Below are positions 27,401-42,400 of a DNA stretch of 64,000 bases, piece by piece. Below the pieces are notes generated by a model that saw only the letters and a program-made list of their open reading frames with translations, searched no databases and was not told the origin of the DNA. Made by a program: the position numbers and the translations under genes. The stretch covers positions 602,639 through 666,638 of the forward strand of contig NMRA01000068.1 of NCBI GenBank assembly GCA_002633005.1, written 5' to 3'. How positions within the stretch are numbered: position 1 is the first letter of the stretch; each line of letters starts with the position of its first letter. The DNA comes from Phoronis australis. Its lineage: Eukaryota > Animalia > Phoronida.

Positions 27401-30400
27401 AATTATAAACTCCGGAATCTTTGTGAACATGATGCTGTGGCACCCAGTGTCAATTACGTTTTCTTGCCTGTGGCTCACCATCTACCAATTTCCTTGATCA
27501 ATATTCATAAAATTTGGTATGTGTTTATGTTGAGTGTTTTGGTGGTTTGACCGCAGGCTGTTGTGTAGCGTCTAATGTCATAAGCACTTCAACTGTCTTC
27601 TGGATTAAACGTAGTTTATCATATTTGGCTTAACTATTTTAGGACGACAAACCAACGGCCAAGCAGGTAGTTATAGCTCACCGGGTGGGTAAAAAGACAA
27701 ACAAACGAGAGAAGAAAATGAAGCGGGCATTGCAGGTTTTAAAGGTAAACCATTAAAACCCTCGTAGAACAGGTAAACTGACTTTTAGGCATGGTCAAAA
27801 CACCTATTTATGTTCCTTAATTTATAGCAGATACTTACATTCATATGCCAAATTTGTTTTTAATTTATTTTTTGCCAAAACATCGCGAATGTCCGCATCA
27901 GTAATTGTGAAAAAACTTCAGGTGGCGCTGTGCGGTTAACCGGGTGTGTGACGTCAACGTTTAGCCAAAGTCACTTCCCAATTCCGAGGCTGTGTGTAAC
28001 TCACAAGCGTAATGCGCATTGTCGGTGATGTTTTCAATCAACAAAGGGTGGACGTCGAACAGACAGAGCCTTTGAAATTTATTTCATATCTTTATAGCCA
28101 TCGTTTTACATCACCATAATTGAGTACACACATCTTAGGACGGATGATTTACTCCGCCAGCAGGAGGGTGGATCACCGTCGACTTAGTTGGCGGGCGGTC
28201 AGGGAACTATCCAGCAGGCGGGGGTAAACAAAAGATTTTCACATGATTGCCGTATCACAGACTCGAAATCAACCGCCTAGTCATATTTTGTCATATTTCT
28301 CACTACAATTTGCTAAAACGATAACAAAGCGACATGCAGAACTTACGACTGGAAATGCGCATTGCGATGTTTTCCCAATCATATCGTTCATTCACTTACC
28401 AGTACTTGTTTGGATTGGGTCGGACATCTTGGGATAAGTTACGAGTTTTAAACTTTGTATAAATTATTTTCACCAATAATTTACAGTGAAATTGAGTGAG
28501 ACATATCTTTACTTACTGTTCTGCGCGATTCAACAGTTTTCACCAAATTTCAGCCTCGCAGAAGTTACTTATTGAGAGATAAAAGTGCACCGACGTCATG
28601 GCGACTTTTGCTGAACTGAAAAGCATGTTCAACCAGCTACTTTGCAATTTGTGAAGATTTAACGTTGATGCATTTTGACAAACGCTGCTACAAAAAAAGC
28701 AACTGTGTTCAATTTTCTCGTTCTTGTGCAAAAATGTAAGGAATATTGGAGGTATTTTACTGTGAATTTCCCTTACAGGAGATCTTACACTCAGCTAAAA
28801 TATGGTCGAAATATTTTTGAAATGGTTTTTTGTTTGACAGTCAACTGCTCTTCAAGGCCTTCATAATTTGTTTACTTGGCTGCCATGACAAACCACGCGA
28901 AAGTGATGTGAGGCAGTGGAAAATCCACAGATTTCATCAAACTTTGTATCTTTTGCGCACTCAACTATGGCTACTTTTTGTATAACTATTTGAGCATTAT
29001 TTAAATTGGATGGGTTGCTCATAAATGGACAAAGAATTTTTATTTTGTGTTTTTCTTGATGTTGAAATTTCCAATTTAATTTTAATTTTTACAGAAACAG
29101 GACTTCTTACAAAAAATCAAAATTCTTCGTCTTGATTCCAAAAAAATTGACCTTATTTTCATATATAAATAACCTTCACACCCTTGGTAAGTACTATGCT
29201 ATGTGAGCATAGACAGCAAAATTGGTCACTTGCCAGTGTGCCATCCATTTTGCGTGGTGTGAATTTTGAACTCAAGGTCGAAAACAAATGTCTCGTGGAG
29301 TATGAAATGCAGTTGAAGTCCATGCAAAGATTTGGAATTTGGTTCCTGATTGTTTCTGGACCGTTTATTGTGAGTTTTGTTTGATAGATAAATTTTCACG
29401 CCCGTTAAAAATTTTAAACTTTGATGTTCAGCATGGCCGGGGTTTCAAGTGACTGGCATTTCTGAACCTGGGCCTTCATTCAAAGGTGAAGTTTCACACT
29501 TCAGACTTAGTACATTGAAATTAACTGATCCAAAAACAAACTGGCTGACTTCGACCGCCCTACCTAAATTCACGGGCCCCATTATGTCATTCATTTAATT
29601 GATTATAAGGGCATGGCGAACTAACCCAGTAGACAAAATTTAGGACCAGGTTTTACAGAGTTCGGAAGGGCTAAACAAAGTAAAACTTGGCATGTGCTCC
29701 TCAACTTAACATGGACTTTCCTGTTGATGCCTGTCACATTTGACGAACTTTATGAATGCCTGGCCCGAGCTTCCAAATCCACCAGCTGATCGGTCAAGAG
29801 CCGTGTCACGCAAGTGAATGGGTCTAAACGTTCTCGTCACTTAGCGCTGATTGGTTAAAAAAATCTCAGGTTGTGGGCAGATGCCGAAGTACGTAAGTGT
29901 CACAATTAATTCTATTATCAATTAACAGGTGGTGCATGGTTATTGAAACACACGCTTTTAGAATCATAAAGACATATATTTTGAATACAAGCGAGCATTT
30001 ATTGCTTATTCTTCGAGGGCTTTTAAGTCAAGCAGTTGACATGAAAGAACTTGCAGATTGGATCTAAAATATTGTATGGTCTTGTGGTCATCTAAGTACA
30101 CATGGCTCTCTTGAGCCTAGGTGTTTATTCTAAAAATAATTGTAAAAATAACTTAATTTTAAACTATTCTAAGCTTTTCAGAGGCTTCAAAATTCCAAAA
30201 GGTTGCTCATATTACTGTGTTGAGAAAGGTTCAGGTTTTAATATTAGCATGCTTTCATCTTGTTTCCTAAATTGAGAAATGAATAATTAGTCATCCAAAG
30301 GATCATTTTTTAAGCACCCACATATTTATATGTGGGTGCATACTGTCATCTCTGTGTGGGTGTCAGGTGTCTGGCATTCGCTGCTGTGTCTCCTAAACCC

Positions 30401-33400
30401 CTTGTAAGGTCATATTGAATTTTATAGATGTGTCCCTGTTTGGCTGATGACAGATGATGACGAGTTTTGGATCTATCCGAATACTGCTGGGCCCTCTAGT
30501 GGCATCTTAAATTAGTTTAAAGTTGATGCGTGATTTTCAGACAAGCTCTTTGTTGAATATTGCAGGCCAAGTTTTTTGTGTTGTCCGAATTTGGTGGGCA
30601 CCAAAATGTGCCATTTCACTGTTGTGCGAATTTGGTGAGCTTACCCTCTTCAAAAAATTTAAAAGCCAGAATGAGAATGATAAAGAATCGATTTGTCCAC
30701 GAGAAGTAAACACATATTTTCATAAGTTGCGAAAGAAGAAAGCATTTATTAATGTATACATTTCAGGCTTGCTGGGCCCATTTGTGTCACTCAAACCTTG
30801 ATGTGTGAATGATATTGAAGAAAGAATATAGGACTTGCAATGCTGAGGCACATAGGGCTTTTTGTCGACTATTAAGACTCGATAGAGTGCGTTTGGTTAA
30901 GTAATGTGCTTTCTCAATTTTAACGAATTTTGCATTAAACGTAGCAATAATGGGAACGAGTGCAATGAAGAAAGTGATAAATAATGACGAGAACAGAGTA
31001 TATGTATTCAAATTTTGTTAAACGTATCCGTGCATTGTCTGCTAGTTACAAAACGAAATGCAAGTTAAGTCTAACAAGTTTATTTCTATATTAACTTAAA
31101 GCTTAGTTTCAACATGAAAACGAATAACAATTATCCAAAATAGATTACAAGGACAATTATGATAGCAAAATGAGTAGTTTCTCATCCACACGTGATTGCT
31201 TGTCACTCTGGTAGTCATCTGAATTGTTGAAGAAACGCACTGGACTCGGAACCACAGTTGTTCTACATGTTTAGGCCTACTGCGAACGATCGGAACTATT
31301 ATATTCTTTTTGGATTGGGGTGTGTGCACTTGTACAGTACGCGATCAACTAACGAAATAAAAAAGAACAGTGCGATCTTGAATGTGAATGCAATTTCAAA
31401 TCCTTCGAATACCAAATTCACCCAACCGTTTTTATAATTAAAACCTTTCTCACCCGCAGCCTTTGAAATGTCCAATTTTATTTCATCATTGTGTGCAGAC
31501 CAGTGTTACGTCTGGCATGTCTTCATGCAATCGAGATGTCCTAACAGATCTGCATTTGCTTAATATATGTTTTTAATCACAAGCTTAACTGCTAACTGTG
31601 AAAACTTGTGAAATTGGTTTGTGGATGAAATAAAACTGTTAACTCAATCAGGTGTTCACATTGTCACAGTCGGAAGTCTAACAGCGTGCTCTAATTAAAA
31701 ACAAATGAAATCAGAACTCAAGTTAGTCGCGCTGTAACAAAAAATTGCAGACTTCTTTGTATTTTCCATTAATATTTGTATTTTCATCAGAAATTTTCAT
31801 TTTGTTGGACTCGATGATTCTTTTCATAGATAAAGCGCATAACACAGGATAAACGCAAAGACTGGCTGGAGAAACAATCGAGTTACAGTTGTATCGCCAT
31901 TAAGGCAACAAAGTAAAAAATAAAAACCCGTTATACCGATTGTCGGGTTCAAGTCTTAGAGCAGTAATCATCCATTTAACAATTTAGCTACATGGGAGTT
32001 GCGTCGATCCGAAGTTAGCATTTCTAACATTTTCTTTGTCACAAGACAGAAATTTGATATTTATGACATTGTTCGAAATGCGTGGCCCATTGAAAAACAG
32101 TTTTTGGACCTTGCACAAATTTTTTGTATCATGGAAAATTGATTTTAGAAATGTTTTTTCTTGTCACAAAATGGCTTTCCATTTGAAAATTGTGCGACTT
32201 TACTGAAAGTATTTTCAGAGTTCCTTGATGGATTTTTATGAAATTTGGCAACTAGGTTTTTGATAAGGGGGCAATGATGCCATTTCTTACGGATTTGATG
32301 GATTTTGTGCCACATTGTAGGTATTTTTGTTATCCTCGCATCTATTTTTTGGCGCCTGCCTCTCTATCTGCCATGCTGATGAGACGGCCATGACTGATGT
32401 CAGACTTATGTGTTGTCCCTTAGTGGCGATCTGTTTTTGCCTGGCGTTTTTTTTTTACGTCTGCATCTGAATCTCTGTAACCCTTTAAAAGAGCTTTGTG
32501 AATTTTGAGAGATGTATTCTAATGGAGCTGACAATTGGTAACGAGTTTCTCTGAAGTTCCTTGACAAATTTTCATGAAATTTGGTAAATAGCTTTCTGTT
32601 AAAGAAACAATGACATTCCCCAGTTTTCGGACGGATTTTATGTATTTTGCGCCATCTAGTGGCCATTTTCACTGTTTTTAGTCTGTTTTTGGCGTCCGCC
32701 CTCTGTCAACCAAACCACTCTTAAGATGATTGTGAAAATTGTCTTATATGTTGTTAGTGAGAAGAGGACGGTTGGCGATGATTTTCCGACTTCAATTACT
32801 GATGCGCCTCCTATTGGCATTTTTGTTTGTTTTTTATTGCGCCCATTGCTATATGTCCTAATCCCTCTGTAGGATCTCCATTAAATTTAGCAAGTGTATT
32901 CATATGAAGTTGACATCGGAAGACTGCAAGTTTCAGACGAATGTGACAACTGCTGTGCCCCCTTGTGACAATTTCATTTTTTTTTGGTTTTACTCTGTTT
33001 CTCTAAAGTTCCTTGATGGATTATCCTTAAAATGTGGTAAATACATTTCTATTAAAGAAACGGTGACATTTTCCGGGGTTTTTTTTGATGGGTTTGAAGT
33101 ATTTTGCACTATCTAGTGGCCATTTTTGTGATAAAAATAAACACCCTGAGAAGCTTACTGTTTGTGGTGCATTTGTGGGCGCATTTCAATGCTCTGCATT
33201 GCTCTTGTAGAGAATACAACTGACCACAACTTAAAAATTTTACTGTACCACCACATTGCATTTCAAGCTAAAGAAATGTCATGGTATGTGAAATGGGCCC
33301 TGTTTTTCAGGCTGCTGATGCCTGTATCATCTTGACTCAGCAGTGGTTACTTTTAGTATCTGCGCTGTGCATTGTTGAGTCATAACCAGAATCTTACCAT

Positions 33401-36400
33401 TTTGAAAGATCTCAATTCCTTTGCAGTCTGGTCAGACATTGTGTCTTAAGTTTATGTTGACTCGAACATTCTGTTATTATGCTTGAAACTAAGTGGCACA
33501 CTTGTTTTTATGCGCCCACATATTTATATGTGGACGCATTATGCTGTCATCTCCGTCCGTCCGGCGTCCGCTGCTCTATCTCCAAAATGCTTTGATGTAC
33601 GTTCATGAAATTTTGCACATATGATCTTATGGTGGATTGGACGGCATGAGCGAACTTTCGGACGGATGCGACCACCGGTATGCCCCCTAGTGGCAATTTT
33701 AGTTTTTTACGTTTACCTCTATATCTTCAAAGGTCCTAAACGTATTTTCATAAAAGTTAGCATACAGGCACCTATTAGTGAGATGACGCTATCCTCCCAT
33801 TTTCGGATGGATTTGACGTAGTTTGCACCACCTAGTGGTCATTTTTGCTGTTACCGGTGTGCCCCTTAGTGGACGTTTCTGTTTTTTACGTTGAGCTCTG
33901 TATCTTCAAAGATCCTCAACTTATTTTCATAAAATTTGGTAAATATAGACACCTATTAGTGAGATATAGCTATCCTTCCATTTTTGGATGGATTTGACGT
34001 AGTGTGCGCCACCTAGTGGCCATTTTTACTGTTTTTTAGTTTGTTTTTGGTGTCCACCCCTCTATCAACCAAACTGCACTAAGGATGATTGTGAAAATTG
34101 GCATGATGTTCTTACTACAAAGCTGGTGATAATTTACCAATGACTTTGACTACTGTGGCACCTCTTAGTGGCAGTTTTGTTATTTTTTTTGCGCCCATGG
34201 CTGTATCTCCTAAACAGTTTGCAGCATCTTTGCTAAATTTAGCAAGTGTAAGTGATGTTAACAACGGATGACAACAACGTTTGGACGGATCTGACAACCA
34301 ATGTGCCCTGTGGTGGCAATTTTCATTTTTTAGGCTTACCTCTGTATCTTCAAAGGTCCTCAACGGATTATCAGAAAGTTTGGAATATAGGCATTTATTG
34401 GTGAGATGATGCTATCCTCCCGCTGTGGGATGGAATCGAGGAACTTTTGCACCACCTATGGCCATTACTCCTGTTTTCGATTCTTGTTTTTTGGCGTCCA
34501 CCCCTCAATCAACCAAAGCATTCTGAGAACAACTTTGAAAATTGGTATATGGTATATGTTCTCAGTGTGAAGAGGACGGTTGACAATAACGCATTCGACT
34601 ACTGTAGCGCCTCCTAGTTGTAGTTTTGTTTTGTTTTGTTTTGTGCCCATATAGCTGCATCTCCTAAACTTACTGCAGGATCTTTATTAAATTTAGTAAT
34701 TGTATTTATATGAAGCTAACAACAGATGACTACGTCGTTCAGGCGGATCTAATGAAGGCTGCGTCTCAAAGCGGCAATTTCATTATTTTTTTTGCTTTCC
34801 TTTGTTTCTCCGAAGTTCCTTGACAGATTTTTATGAAATTTGATAAATAGCTTTCTATTAAAGAAGCAATGGCATGTACCCATTTTCAGATGGATTGAAT
34901 GTTTTTTTCACCCTCTTGTGGCTATTTTTATGAAACAAATAAACAACCCTAGAAGCACTCCGTTTGCGGTGCATTCGTGGGCGCATTTGAACGCTCCGAG
35001 TTGCTCTTGTTTATAAGGCGCACATTGCAGACAGGCCAGGTAATTTGATAGACTCAATAATCTATTAAAAGCATCACTCTATAATACCACCTTCCGTCAC
35101 AAAAACCAACGTTTGATTTTGACCACCTATAGTTTTGAAATTGGCCTTAAATTTCTCCTTAGTCAAAATAGGACTTGTGTATAAAGAACTAACAGTTCGT
35201 TATTGCTTGAGACTAGGCACTGCGCTGTTGCTTATCATGTCTTGCCATTTTTTTGCCTAGCATTTTCTCAAACAATAACGAACTGTAAATTCTTTATAAG
35301 AAAAAAAAACATGTCTCATCTTACAAGTTGAGACCAATTTTATCAAAAGGTTTCTTCAACGGAATGTAGGTTTGTTGTCGCTTTAATGATATCTGATTTG
35401 TTAGCACCCTATCATAGAGCTTAATTTGCTTATTATTGATAACATGTATGAAAACTTAAGCAAGGAAGCTTTTTTCCAGAAACACAAGAAGAAAAAGAAG
35501 ACTGTTGCCTTTAACTTTTCTGCCCTTCATCTTATTCGTGACCCTCAAGGTAAGCGCTTTATTGGGAAAAATGGTCTTCAAACTGTGCTACCGTATTTGC
35601 CCTAATAAGTGCCCATGCCCCTGTAAGTGCCCCCACTCGTTTTAAGACTTTGATTAAATGAGTGCCCAGTTCATGAACGTCATGTACATGCGAAAAATGC
35701 CTTACCTACAGTTCTAAAATTCTACAGTAAAGTATTCAATTTATCAATAAGATCCGACAGTCCTGAAAAAAATCATTGTGCGCGGAAGTTGTAGACCATG
35801 AGCCTCGCCGCTATGTTGGTATTTAGCCGTGACAATACACTTCACACTTCCTCAGGGCTTCAAAAAGAAAAGGTTTTGCTGATCTGGCGAGGGACGTGTC
35901 TTATTATGGTCTGACCTTTCAGAACAAACGCATTGTACTTGTCAACGGATTGTACAGATCTTTTCCCTCAACAGGAATCCAAATATATGTGAAAACCGTG
36001 AATTGAAGGCTAATAAAAAATAATAGATGCTGAGATTGGCTAGTAGTGAAATTTATCAAATAAACACAGAAAAAATCAGGAACCCCAACTGGGAATCAAA
36101 CCACAGGTCTCAAGATTGCCGGTCTAGTGCTCTCACCACTGAGCTACTGAGGACCCGATATCTGTGCAATAAAAACTTGACCTTTGTTAAAAGCCGTTGC
36201 AAGGATGTGCACGCTACATACAAGTACCTGTCACCGAAGATTAGTCTTCAGGAACTATCTGTTCATGAAACGGGTAGCATAGCATCGGCAAGAAATAAGA
36301 CACTTATTTCCGAAAGTTTGTAATACTGTAAAAAACGTTTGCGTTATTTTTGGGAGGAATTATTATTAAATTAGTCGTAATTGATGTTTTTAAAGTTAAA

Positions 36401-39400
36401 ATGACCCATTGGTACTGAATACTTAAACACCTTTACGCCCCCAAATCTCCCAAACAATAACTGTTAGACTGTCACGCATCCATTCACCCGGCGACTCGGC
36501 ATCGGCCTTTCCGAGACACTTTTTTAGCAGATTTTAAATAAAACACGTTCTGCTTTTAGTGCTTGTGTTAATTTCTTTAGTTACAATGCACACCTAGATT
36601 GTTACATCTCGTTTACTCTGAAGGCAAATGAACTCTGATGTCAAGCATGCGATCGCTCACTCACACATGCAGACGAACTTCAAAACAAACGTCACGTGAC
36701 AACAACGTGACTGTGTTCGTCCAGAGATTTTTCTTGTGTTGCGGAGTACGATCTAGCGCAGATTTGGACTTGATATGTAGTTAATCCCAACTCCACAGGA
36801 ACTCAAAAAACTTAGGGACGCTATTTTGAAGCCTTAAGGAGGACTTCAGGTAATTTGTTGAGTTGAAACTATATTTTTACTCAAGAATTTAAGTTGACCT
36901 ATTGGCAATCGTGTGGCAGCGACGCATCAGTCAGCGAGTTTTCGCACTGGGATTTTATGAAATGTGCTCGTAATTTAACAACAAAGTTTGATAGCAATGC
37001 ACTACAACTTTGTAGAAACTCTGTCATAGGTTACAGATGTGTCACAGAGCGTTAATCTGATGAATTCTAGCTTACGATTTCACCTGTTTCGGAGACCGGG
37101 TTTCGATCACTTTGGGCTATAATAAGCCCCTTCCCTTCCTGAAGCGAATTTTTCTAAGCGCCCTGGGCGCTTATTAGGGCGAATATGGTAAATAGTTTCT
37201 TTAGTGTGTGTTTATTGAAATAGTGCTCAAATGCGCTCAAATACTTTGCCTTGGACAATCATCTTCAATTAAATTCTTTTAAATGAACCAAAATGAATAT
37301 ATTTTAAAGTTGTACTTCTGTGTAGAAATTACCTGTTTTTTAATTGTCTTGAACCTGGCAATGAAATCAGAATTCATGACATATTGGATTAGATAATACA
37401 TTAAAGAGGCATGGAATGCGAAAAATATCTCATAAACAATTCCTGAGGAAAGTATTATGATCTTGCAATGTCTAGTACACAGTAATTCATTTTCTCCTGT
37501 AAGGACATTTTCAGAAAAAATCTCAATATTTGAAGTGAAAAACTGTGGTTACCAGTGTTTGAACTGCAGCAAATAAATGTGCTGGCCTGTCGGGCCAGTT
37601 GGTCTGAAAAGTTACTCGCCCAGCTGCCAAGTTGTTGGCCCTGCGTTTAGCATCCTAGCTGTTTTAATTTCTCAATCTTTTTCATTTACACTAATTGCGT
37701 GTGTTCTTGAGAATGCTATTTGTTATGCTATTAACTCTATGTGAGGAGTTGTTGGTAATAGAGATGTATCCATAAACACCACATAAGCTGTGGTTACGAA
37801 ATAAAATCCCTAAGCTGGATTCAACCAATATCTTTTTACAAAACACGTTTCATCAGTACATAGAACTCTAGACTAGAGTCCAATGAGTAAACAAAGTGAA
37901 CGGAGCGATCGCGGATGAGTGCCCATAAGGTTTAATCTCGGCCTTCAAGAGGTGAGAGGTAAACAAAATTAGTCAACAGACCTCTTTTGAATTAAAAGAA
38001 TGTGAGACCACATCTGCATAGGGCCTATATGTGAAAGTTTAGGGACCAATTGGGCCAGTAACCTTTAAAAGTCACTGGCCCGGCCACAAATCCACTGGCC
38101 CGGGGGCACCGGGCTAGCGTATATTTTGAATGCTGGTGGTTACTACAGAATTTCCAATCTCTCTCCACTTACGATAAATGCGTGCATGCGCTCACAATCA
38201 GTTGCTTGAAGCCACTTCAGATCAAAAGATAAATTTTCCATATATGGGAAATGTGGTATGTCAATGTTTTGCCATACCAAACAAGGAGACATGCTTTGCC
38301 TTTTTGGAGAAAAATTGACGAAGTTGCGTGCAGTTGACTGATCGTTTTTTTTTCAAATTTGAAACCAAAAGAAACCCTAAAAATACTTTGTGAGCAGGTT
38401 GAATTCTGTTTCAGTGGCAGAAAACCACTTTCAATATTGCAATTTAGCCTGTTTGGTGCGTTCCAGGCCTCTTTAAGTGATTATAGTAGTTTAGATTATG
38501 TTATGACAGATATCTTGCATTATATTTTTGTAGTTTGAATTGAAAGCATAAAAACTAAAATCCATACTTAACGATTATGAAAGCGCTCATTAACTCTGTG
38601 TTTGCAAGCATTTTGTATTTTTTATTTTGGTTTAATTCACCATCTATGGCTCCATTTTGTACTAGGTTAATTTCCACAACGTATGAAATGTTGGGTCATG
38701 GTTGTGAAGTGTTCTGATCACTGTGTTGTTGCTTACCAGTACTACTCATGCATTGTGATGATCATTTAGTGTTTTGGTTGTACTGCCGGTCAGTGACATT
38801 GTTCCTGATGATGGTTTATGATAATAAACCGGAACGTTGATTTGGATCATGAATGGCATCCCATTTTTTATTTTCATCTTTCTCCAATTACTAGACAGTG
38901 TCATTGGCAAACAGGTTTCTATTCAAGGAAAATTTTGGGATTGTTCGACATTTAGTAAAATGATAAGAAGTGAAATTACTTTTTAGTTAATTGGATACCA
39001 TTTTATCCGCCCACATGTTTACATGTGGGTGCATATTGCCTTCATCTCTGTCTGGACGTCTGAACATTTGGTGTCTGCATCTGTATTTCCTAAACCCTCA
39101 CAGGATCTTGATGAGATTTGGGAGGTGTGTTCCTGTGAATCTAACGACAGATGATGACGAATTTCTGATGGATCGGACTACTGGTGTGCCTCCCTAGTGT
39201 CAATTTTAGTATTTTACGTTTACCTCTTTATCTTCAAAGGTCGTCAACTGATTTTCATGAAAATTTGGCACATACGCATAAATTAGTGAGATTATGCTAT
39301 CTTTCCATTTTCGTACGGATTCGAGGTATTTTGCGCCATCAGTGGCCATTTTTACTGTTTTCAAGTATTTTTTGGTGTCCGCCCCTCTGTCAACCAAACC

Positions 39401-42400
39401 ACTCTACGGATGATGGATTTTTACGAAATTTCAATTGAAAAAATGTTGTGTTCCCGTTTCAGGTGGATTCAATGTATTTTGCGCCATCTAGTAGCTATTT
39501 TTATAATACAAACACCCCTAGACGTACACCATTTGCGGTGCATGTGTGGGCGCATTTCAATGCGTTGTTGAAATTCAGATTTTCCCAAAACTGGAAGTTG
39601 GATGTCACTTGAGTACACCATCACCTTATCCTGTTTATTATTGCAAAATCGCCGTCCTTGTTGTCTATATCAATTTAAGCCAAGATTAGCAACTCACCCC
39701 ATAAGTGCTGCCAGCTACTGAATAATGACTGGTTAGTTGAGAACGTATTATTTTGTACACATAAGAGATTGTTGACTGATACTATATTTAATTTGTTTGT
39801 TCAATTGAACAGAGCTATCAAGAACTCAATAAATAATGTACGAAATCAAACGAAACTGTTTCCCTTCTTCCTTGTGGTTTACATGTTTTTTACAACCACA
39901 CAGATTCTAATTAATAGCAGAGAAGTTTCCGTGTCTGGATCCATAGTGCCTTTTATGTTTAGTACTCTACTTCTTCATGATCTATTCTGTTGTAGACTTT
40001 GCAGAAAAGTTGTTCAAACAATTGGAAAGCTCCAACGAACGGTTTGAAGTCAAAATGATGATGATCGATCTTGTTTCAAGGCTAGTGGGAGTTCACCAGG
40101 TAGGTATCACTGGAAAGATTTTACAATGAACTACTTAATATTTTTTATCCTACTTCTACAGTCAATATTAGAAATGACAGCTTTTCAATGAGGGTCGGGT
40201 TCAAACTTTTCATAGCTGTTCTGGTACTTTTATTTATCCAGAAAGTATAATCCTGGGTATGACTGAGGATGGTAGCAATTACTACATATCCTTATAGTAT
40301 ACTATTGTTACACACTCATGACCTTTCACTCAGAGTGGACTCCATGGACGATACATAAGCCAGGGCATGACATACAGCACACTAGTCAACTGTGTACAGC
40401 TAGGCAGCTACTTCCTTCTCCAAAAAAATGATTTAAGACCACTTGGTCTCAAATTTATCCATAGTCAACTTGGAGGTGGTTTCAGGGATTCGAAACAACT
40501 GACTGTTGTTGCTTGAGACTTGACTACTTGGTTTTTTGTCATGCAGTGTCATTTTATGGGTCAAGTGTAGTTTCAAGGAATAGTGAACAAACAACCAGTA
40601 CTCCCAGAAATGACTTGTGTAAAAAACCAAGTTGAGACCAGTGGTAATTGGTCTAAATCAAACTTCCACTTCATAGACAGAACACAGGTTTTACAGCTTC
40701 TTACTCAACCACCCTTCTGATAGATACCAACCTGTCTGTCTCTCAACCAATGCAACTTGTGAGAGTTCGGTGCATAAAGCTAATTATAAGTAACTTAGGT
40801 AGATGTGAACAGATAAAGACAACAAATAATAAATTTAGTGCTAAGGTGAAAAAGTACTGCAGATTTGTGATCAGAGGTTGGAGAAGTTAAAATGAGGTTT
40901 AAAGAGGACCATGCTGTATATTATCCTTTGGCTAAAGCATGTTTTATATCTATTGTATTTTATCCTCTATAGATAAAGTTTATTATTATTAGATGTAACT
41001 GTCAATAGGACAATCTGTACTAGATGGACGTGGTGTTCAGTCTGTGGTGTAATGTTGCATGTTACGGCCAACAGATGGCGCACATGTGGTAGTAATTAAA
41101 ACAACACCCAAATACCTCAACCAATAAAATAATGTCTATTAATTTGCAGCATTGTGATTTACAAACAATAGACCTGTTACAATATGTTGTGAGACTGACA
41201 ACTAACTGATTGGGACGAGATATCAGTGCTGAAGAAAGTACTAAACAACAATGCCACTATTTATCCGTAGCTACCGCACACGTTAACACAATACAAGTTG
41301 TAACAGAACTATCCCTCTAGAACAATCGCTAGACTGGTTCAAATTGACTAACAGGCTGAGACCAACACCTGCGTTAAATATCTATACCTCAGTTTACACT
41401 TTCAACTTGATATGTAGTTATTCGTCTGGACATGGCTCTCGTCTCTGCAGTTCACTGTTCGGAGATCGTGCCCTCGTAGTTTATTGAAAATTTGGTTTGA
41501 TCTTGTCGGGTCTGGTCCAGTCTGCCGTAGTCTCTGGAGCCAGTGCCTTATGTATTACTTTTGGTGGCATCTCGCGATGGCCCCACCCTTTTTAGTGCAA
41601 CTCTCTTATAACAAGCTAATAGACTATCCCATGGAAAATTCTTACATAACTGCCACTCTTCCTAGATTTACTGCACCAGAGATATGCCTATCCCCTGAGG
41701 AATTCTTGTACAATTGCCACTTTTAGAGCTATGCACATCCCCTAGGAATCTCAACCACCACAGAAGTATACACATCCTTGGGAATAGACTAAGACATATT
41801 TGCATGCACGTGGAAAACATACAACAGAGGTATGCACAACCTCTGGAAATAGATTATGACATGTTTACATGCACGTGGAGGGCATAGACTCATTATATCA
41901 CAAGTCTGAACTGCACTACAACCACAGAGACGATCAGGTCTAGGGATTTGGGACTATCTACCAGATTCAATCCTTAATCTATGGACGATAATCATACTTA
42001 TGTTAAGTATATGCGTTGCTGTTGTTGGATAGCCAATCATGTATGAGTTGGGGATTTATTTCTAAATACGTTGCAAAACGGGTTTTGTGAATGTTTTGGA
42101 GCACATGGGATTTTAGCTTGGCTAGACTGTCAATAGAAGATAGCTGATCTGATTCATTTGGATGTATAAGACATTGTAAGACTTGCCCAGTCGGGCTTCT
42201 TTCATTAATTGGTTTATGAATTGGAGTCACAATGTGTGAATTCGCTGAATTTCCGTGGTTCTGCAGCTTTTTAAAGAATTTCCTTTATTTCTCTTAAAAT
42301 CATTTGTTTTACATGCCAGGTTCCTGGTTCTATTAAAGCAACATGTTTGCTGGTAGTACTTCTTACACCAACTAACCTTTCAAACTGGCATTATACAACG

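Noticed and set aside
27750-29900. Possible DNA transposon(s) after exon 27643-27744
   Set aside because: Could not pair termini or find a TSD
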